Positions 16,701 to 20,000 of a stretch of 20,000 nucleotides of DNA are shown here, piece by piece (within the stretch, counting starts at the first letter, position 1; every line of letters starts with the position of its first letter). Source of the stretch: an uncultured virus (IMG/VR IMGVR_UViG_3300025087_000057) (Duplodnaviria; Heunggongvirae; Uroviricota; Caudoviricetes); the IMG/VR virus record IMGVR_UViG_3300025087_000057; one strand, 5' to 3'. Both the position numbers and the translations under genes were made by a program. A model generated the notes under the pieces. That model was not told the DNA's origin. It made no database searches and saw only the letters and a list, made by a program, of their open reading frames with translations.

Positions 16701-19057
16701 TCGGTATTATCCCCAATCCTCTTATAGATATCTTAGATTGTGTTAATATTGTTGATAATTACAAAAACTATATAAATGAAAGTAATAATGTATGGATAGA
16801 TGGAATTACAACTAAAATGAATAATTCTAATAACAGCATTGATTATACAATGGATGTTGATTTTACAGAAATTAAACCACCCACTGGATATTTTTATCAG
16901 CCCGATATTCCAAGTAGCGTAATTAATGGACAATACATAAAAAATATAAATATAGAAAATAGTGGATGTCTATTCAGATTAGATGCAAGTGATGAAGATT
17001 TTGGTAGTTATTCCTATGTAAATTATCTTAAAATAGATACATCAATGTATACACATAAAACTGGTGTGGTTCAATATAATGTATTAGAAAAAATTCCATC
17101 AACAGGATATTTGAGAATTAATAATGAAATTGTTTTGTATGAACATACTTCACCAACCTCTAAATATATATGGTTACTAAAAAGAGGGCTACAAGGAACT
17201 CATACGCTCCCATATGGCAAATTCAATGCTTATGGAGTTTCACATATAGAAGAGCTAAGAAAAGGATATACAGTATCTATGGCGTATGACCCATACATGA
17301 GTGAAACAATAGGAGTATTGCCAACTGTTAATTTTGATTGTATGAAAAATGGGAAAATACAGATAAAAGTATGGGGACGTGGTGTTGCTGAAGATTATCA
17401 TGTTGCAACTCTTACTGGTATAGATGATGATGAAAATTATCCATATTCTGGATATCAAAAAATAAAATGGGGGAACCATAGTTTTGTTTGGCAAGCAATA
17501 GACCAGTTTGGGATATACAATCAATTATTATCAAAAGGTGAAGTAAGAAGTGGTGGTTTTTATGTTTGTGAACATCCTAGTTTATATAAACAGTATACGC
17601 CAGGTGTTGTTGATAAAATGTGGAATGGTATAATTGACGATGATAAAATTGTTAATAATGGTAAACTTTCTCCATATGGGGAATTTTATGTAACAATTGA
17701 TTTTGAATCAGACGACGGAGAACAATACCATTATACCGGGGCAACTGCTGGTGGATTTAATGATAGTGATAGACATATTTATACTAGAAGGGGGCCTGTC
17801 GGGATATCATTCTTGAAACTACATACTTCTGGTATATATGGCTACATAGACCAAGCTGCCACATCTTTTTCTGGTGTTGCTACCACAAACTTTACTGGAG
17901 AGTTTATAGCAGATAATGCTCCGTATAGGGTATATCGATGTGGTGTTGATTATCCAACAGAAAGTGTTTATTTTCAACCAAAAAATAATTATTTGGTTGA
18001 AACATACATTAAAAACACGTCAAACAATGGAGATGGGGTAAGGTTGACTCTATATGATGCTTCATTTGATTTATCTTCATCTAATACATATCCATATTTG
18101 AGCAATTATTTATATACACAATATGATAAATATGCACAGAGAGAATACAAAATAGAAATTAAGTGCCATATTGTAACAGTTTCAATTAATACATTGTATG
18201 ATGGAGGGCCACATGAAGCGTTGGTTGTTCCAAGAATAAATGAAAAGGTTAAAACAATAATAAAAGATGACAATTTTAGGACATATTTTAACGGGGGCAA
18301 TGGAATAACATTAAAATTCAACCCAAAGGGCGCAGTTGATGATGATAATAATTTTATCACATATTTACCACCTGAATTATTAGACCAATGGAAAATATGG
18401 ATGGACAAGGGAATATATAGAGTTAATTCTCTTGTAAATAATTATTTAATATTTGATGGTACTATTTACGACAGGTCAGGTCGTCTTGTTCATAATAGAT
18501 GTGAAAATGGCGGTGGTATGTTTGAACATATAGGTAAAAATGTAGGTATACCTCCATATGAATTAAGAAGACTTATGTTTTTGGCAGACGGTAAATGGCA
18601 CAGATGGCAAAAAAGTGATTCTGATTTTATATCTTTATTTGGTAGGAATGTCAATATTAAAGATGGTGATATATATATAGACGATAAATTAATTCCATCA
18701 CCACCATACGATAATTCAATATCTATTGAGGATAATTTATTGATGGAAAAATATTTCTATATTTCGCATTATGACCCGTATAATTTAGACCATGAATATA
18801 CAAGAGCGTGGGTATTGTGGAGAGATGAAAACTTTATAAATAACAGGGAAAAAATAATTAGTTATGTTTATAGAGTATACGGATGGGATTTTTATTATTT
18901 GGCATTAAACGAATCATATAATCAACTTTTGGCTAATTCCCCAGAATGGTTATGGTATGGTCAAGCATTCAAATCTAAATACAAACCAGGTTCATTTCCA
19001 TTTACAGTTTTCAAATTTTCTCACGATGATATTAATAGATATCTTGGGAGGGTGTAA
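13763..19057 (+). CDS. Large tail hub/Tal-like or central fibre protein with PA14-like, LamG (concanavalin A-like), jelly-roll CBM-like and FlgD-Ig-like modules
   Basis: Follows Dit. Hub motifs: VEYYEGY...KFTGHIKD...IQVYCED, FYFDRYG, DTRNEVYVYG, PNPLIDILDCVNIVD. LamG motifs: ITLESWVK, DNLWHHIV, WYIDG, IDEIKIFGRGLS, GYWRFSEGSG. PA14-like: KFFAPYTGNYTLAF...VYID. Confidence 0.75.
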   Translation: MIERIDIPDKNSFENDLDGVQPYYSKRAIPISLIKYTNTVRTVKNDGITMDCYRSTSNAINMINTSFSGVTPIVKFYYSNGLPPFFTANDSGINWATKYRMKFFAPYTGNYTLAFGGSGEISNVYIDNSKKQIQRGNENGDSIILHYNDTSYGIATSSFSSETWHSISFLYNAYKQTNNSYGLIAMWKSDNSETPNYIPLSAGVCAPINQDTSDADDGETIKSHTAYYYSNINYSVKKEQIATLTFDIPLMASTTVYAGGYKHTSNGFIDTVHNITLQQDRMVEYYEGYRIYHNDNFAIDASACSYIEVPYHQSLACTAGGITLESWVKVSPGCNGGYVITKPYQNADGAAAEYAMYISNTGGITFNMYGEGYTYDTDIRDNLWHHIVLSANGSIWNWYIDGSSAKSQTTTKVPGNVNSKNIRFGANILGTNHLESVIDEIKIFGRGLSSAEAKYHYNNGNGRRKSSPTEQLRGYWRFSEGSGTVVNDSYNTNHGSISGITSSTWITGKISERDEYVKKFTGHIKDFKTNYKTDEIDSIQVYCEDFTSFMKESFNVYSPSYMDYIQVGYTTKRGELPNKSVEGIGKPKTFDGWELYKVMHVLMTESFIDPYLFYKHKIHTDNYGCSINGNFKIRWTNSTSNILKMDTREYYGNPNVISGDGNVPDDAYINTAGFGEYYYDIAMNLLSPFYIDFYFDRYGHPFMFPYNTPTSITHISSFDGVNSFSSTESIKYLFGEYYHTTATVTSSADFTGKRIDVVCGVSPNSGVISPESDEYSLKITIKNNGNTISTQYLNLYYATTWGYNNGIAPTLGYNPSVFKLTNLMAYDTYRIIFETNPDGTSYDIALNGIMTYDENYETGNVVIETDDSNSRGGITNLSIEDSVKDTRNEVYVYGALRGVVYTKDTDGNRSDVNPNNPIYNYYYSISRDINSIYTSTAFNYRGRPIRILIQDPKISNNTQADMVSYNILQTYRQKHLKPSIGIIPNPLIDILDCVNIVDNYKNYINESNNVWIDGITTKMNNSNNSIDYTMDVDFTEIKPPTGYFYQPDIPSSVINGQYIKNINIENSGCLFRLDASDEDFGSYSYVNYLKIDTSMYTHKTGVVQYNVLEKIPSTGYLRINNEIVLYEHTSPTSKYIWLLKRGLQGTHTLPYGKFNAYGVSHIEELRKGYTVSMAYDPYMSETIGVLPTVNFDCMKNGKIQIKVWGRGVAEDYHVATLTGIDDDENYPYSGYQKIKWGNHSFVWQAIDQFGIYNQLLSKGEVRSGGFYVCEHPSLYKQYTPGVVDKMWNGIIDDDKIVNNGKLSPYGEFYVTIDFESDDGEQYHYTGATAGGFNDSDRHIYTRRGPVGISFLKLHTSGIYGYIDQAATSFSGVATTNFTGEFIADNAPYRVYRCGVDYPTESVYFQPKNNYLVETYIKNTSNNGDGVRLTLYDASFDLSSSNTYPYLSNYLYTQYDKYAQREYKIEIKCHIVTVSINTLYDGGPHEALVVPRINEKVKTIIKDDNFRTYFNGGNGITLKFNPKGAVDDDNNFITYLPPELLDQWKIWMDKGIYRVNSLVNNYLIFDGTIYDRSGRLVHNRCENGGGMFEHIGKNVGIPPYELRRLMFLADGKWHRWQKSDSDFISLFGRNVNIKDGDIYIDDKLIPSPPYDNSISIEDNLLMEKYFYISHYDPYNLDHEYTRAWVLWRDENFINNREKIISYVYRVYGWDFYYLALNESYNQLLANSPEWLWYGQAFKSKYKPGSFPFTVFKFSHDDINRYLGRV

Positions 19058-20000
19058 TGATTAGGAAAGATGTAGATAAACAAATTTATCTCAGGGAAAG
19101 AGATAAAATTGGTAATGTAGACCCGACTGTAATTACTACAAATTACAATTTTACAGTTAATAAACAAAATTCAAATGTATATACCATCCCAATTCAATGG
19201 ACAAAAAATTATTATATTTTCGAAAGACAAAGCAGTAGCGGGGGACTTCCATTAACATATGATATTAATGATTTTTCCAATTATCACGGAAGTATAAGTA
19301 ATAAAAAAATTCCTCAATATACAGAAGGATTTTTTGATATTCTTACAAACGGTGAAAATGCCGCGTATACATGTATTATAAGGTCTGGTAGTGGATTATC
19401 AAGCACAATAATCATAAAAAATAACCCAAACAATGAAGACAATGAGATTATTTATAGTGTATGCATGTATTATAACAACTCTTGGTACATAATGGGAAGT
19501 GGTAACAGCTCAAAAAATAAACCAATAAACATTCAAATACCAGAAAATATTGTAGCAACTATTGCTATTGTTATTTATTCGTCAACGGTTGTTTTACCCT
19601 CAAATTCTGTTAATAACATTACCATTGAAACAATGTTTAATGTTACTGCATTAAGTTGGGAAGAGGGTTCATTCGCGACTATGGAACAACCAAGGTGGTT
19701 TTCGAATGGTCTTTATTCAAGTGCCAACCCTGTTACAAGAAATGTTAGCACCATGTTAATATGGAGACACCCCGACAATAAGGTTAATTTTGCCGGAACC
19801 GGAATTTACAGAAACTCAAGAGAAACCGTTGGACACCAAATTAACAGTTCATATATCAATTCAATTGGAGTAAGCAGTGCTTATGTATCTTCAAGTTATG
19901 GAGCAGGGACGACAGTTTATTATAATGATGTAGAATATGTACCCATTGTTTCGAAAACACTTAATGCAAATTTATTTACAAATGGTTATATGAATAGTAA
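19057..20000 (+). CDS. 3'-truncated putative tail/receptor-binding protein (not in the supplied ORF track)
   Basis: GGGAGG RBS at 19046-19051 and a TAATG stop/start overlap at 19055-19059. My translation MIRKDVDKQIYLRERDKIGNVDPTVITT... stays open to the window end (~314 codons) and is N/S/T/Y-rich with a beta-strand-like composition. Confidence 0.75.
   Translation, partial: MIRKDVDKQIYLRERDKIGNVDPTVITTNYNFTVNKQNSNVYTIPIQWTKNYYIFERQSSSGGLPLTYDINDFSNYHGSISNKKIPQYTEGFFDILTNGENAAYTCIIRSGSGLSSTIIIKNNPNNEDNEIIYSVCMYYNNSWYIMGSGNSSKNKPINIQIPENIVATIAIVIYSSTVVLPSNSVNNITIETMFNVTALSWEEGSFATMEQPRWFSNGLYSSANPVTRNVSTMLIWRHPDNKVNFAGTGIYRNSRETVGHQINSSYINSIGVSSAYVSSSYGAGTTVYYNDVEYVPIVSKTLNANLFTNGYMNS

Larger units (their letters stand above)
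1..20000 (+). mobile_element. Phage/prophage virion structural region (siphovirus-like tail module)
   Basis: Canonical neck, terminator, tube, chaperone, TMP, Dit, hub order; one strand throughout; overlapping stop/start codons; no sheath gene. Confidence 0.9.

Noticed and set aside
985..18408. Short alternative-frame and minus-strand ORFs in the track (e.g. 985-1254, 1006-1389, 3765-4028, 5568-5906, 8340-8609, 14591-14920, 18106-18408)
   Set aside because: They lie within or across long, coherent + strand genes and show no recognisable motifs; they are best explained as shadow ORFs.
1..20000. Genome-wide stop-codon reassignment
   Set aside because: TAG (756, 2840, 5011, 13348), TGA (4535, 5793, 6281) and TAA all end genes right at the next gene's start, and the long ORFs are intact in the standard code. 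Any read-through at 8400 would be site-specific.
13763..20000. Diversity-generating retroelement target or invertible tail-fibre cassette
   Set aside because: I saw no reverse transcriptase, recombinase, adenine-variant repeat pair or inverted gene segments in this window.

Overview
AT-rich, gene-dense window, all on the + strand, that reads as the virion-morphogenesis region of a large tailed phage or prophage with a long non-contractile (siphovirus-like) tail. From 3729 the order is: head-tail adaptor-like protein with an N-terminal Ig-like domain, Zn-finger head-closure-like protein, small ORF, HK97 gp10-like protein, tail terminator-like protein, major tail tube protein with an internal domain duplication, tail assembly chaperone with an overlapping -1-frame ORF, a 1539-aa TP901-type tape measure protein, Dit-like protein, a 1764-aa hub/Tal-like protein carrying several inserted adhesion modules, and a 3'-truncated tail gene. 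The least ordinary part is 1-3632. Two modular proteins share a ~90-aa FN3-like repeat, and one of them has a Sec-type signal peptide and a DNRLRE-like domain. Both are very rich in D-S/D-T motifs matching the Bacteroidota/FCB O-glycosylation sequon. A 14-residue-repeat protein follows them. My hypothesis is a phage-encoded set of exported, host-glycosylated surface or virion-decoration proteins. All family calls come from motif recognition and gene order; no database searches were run.
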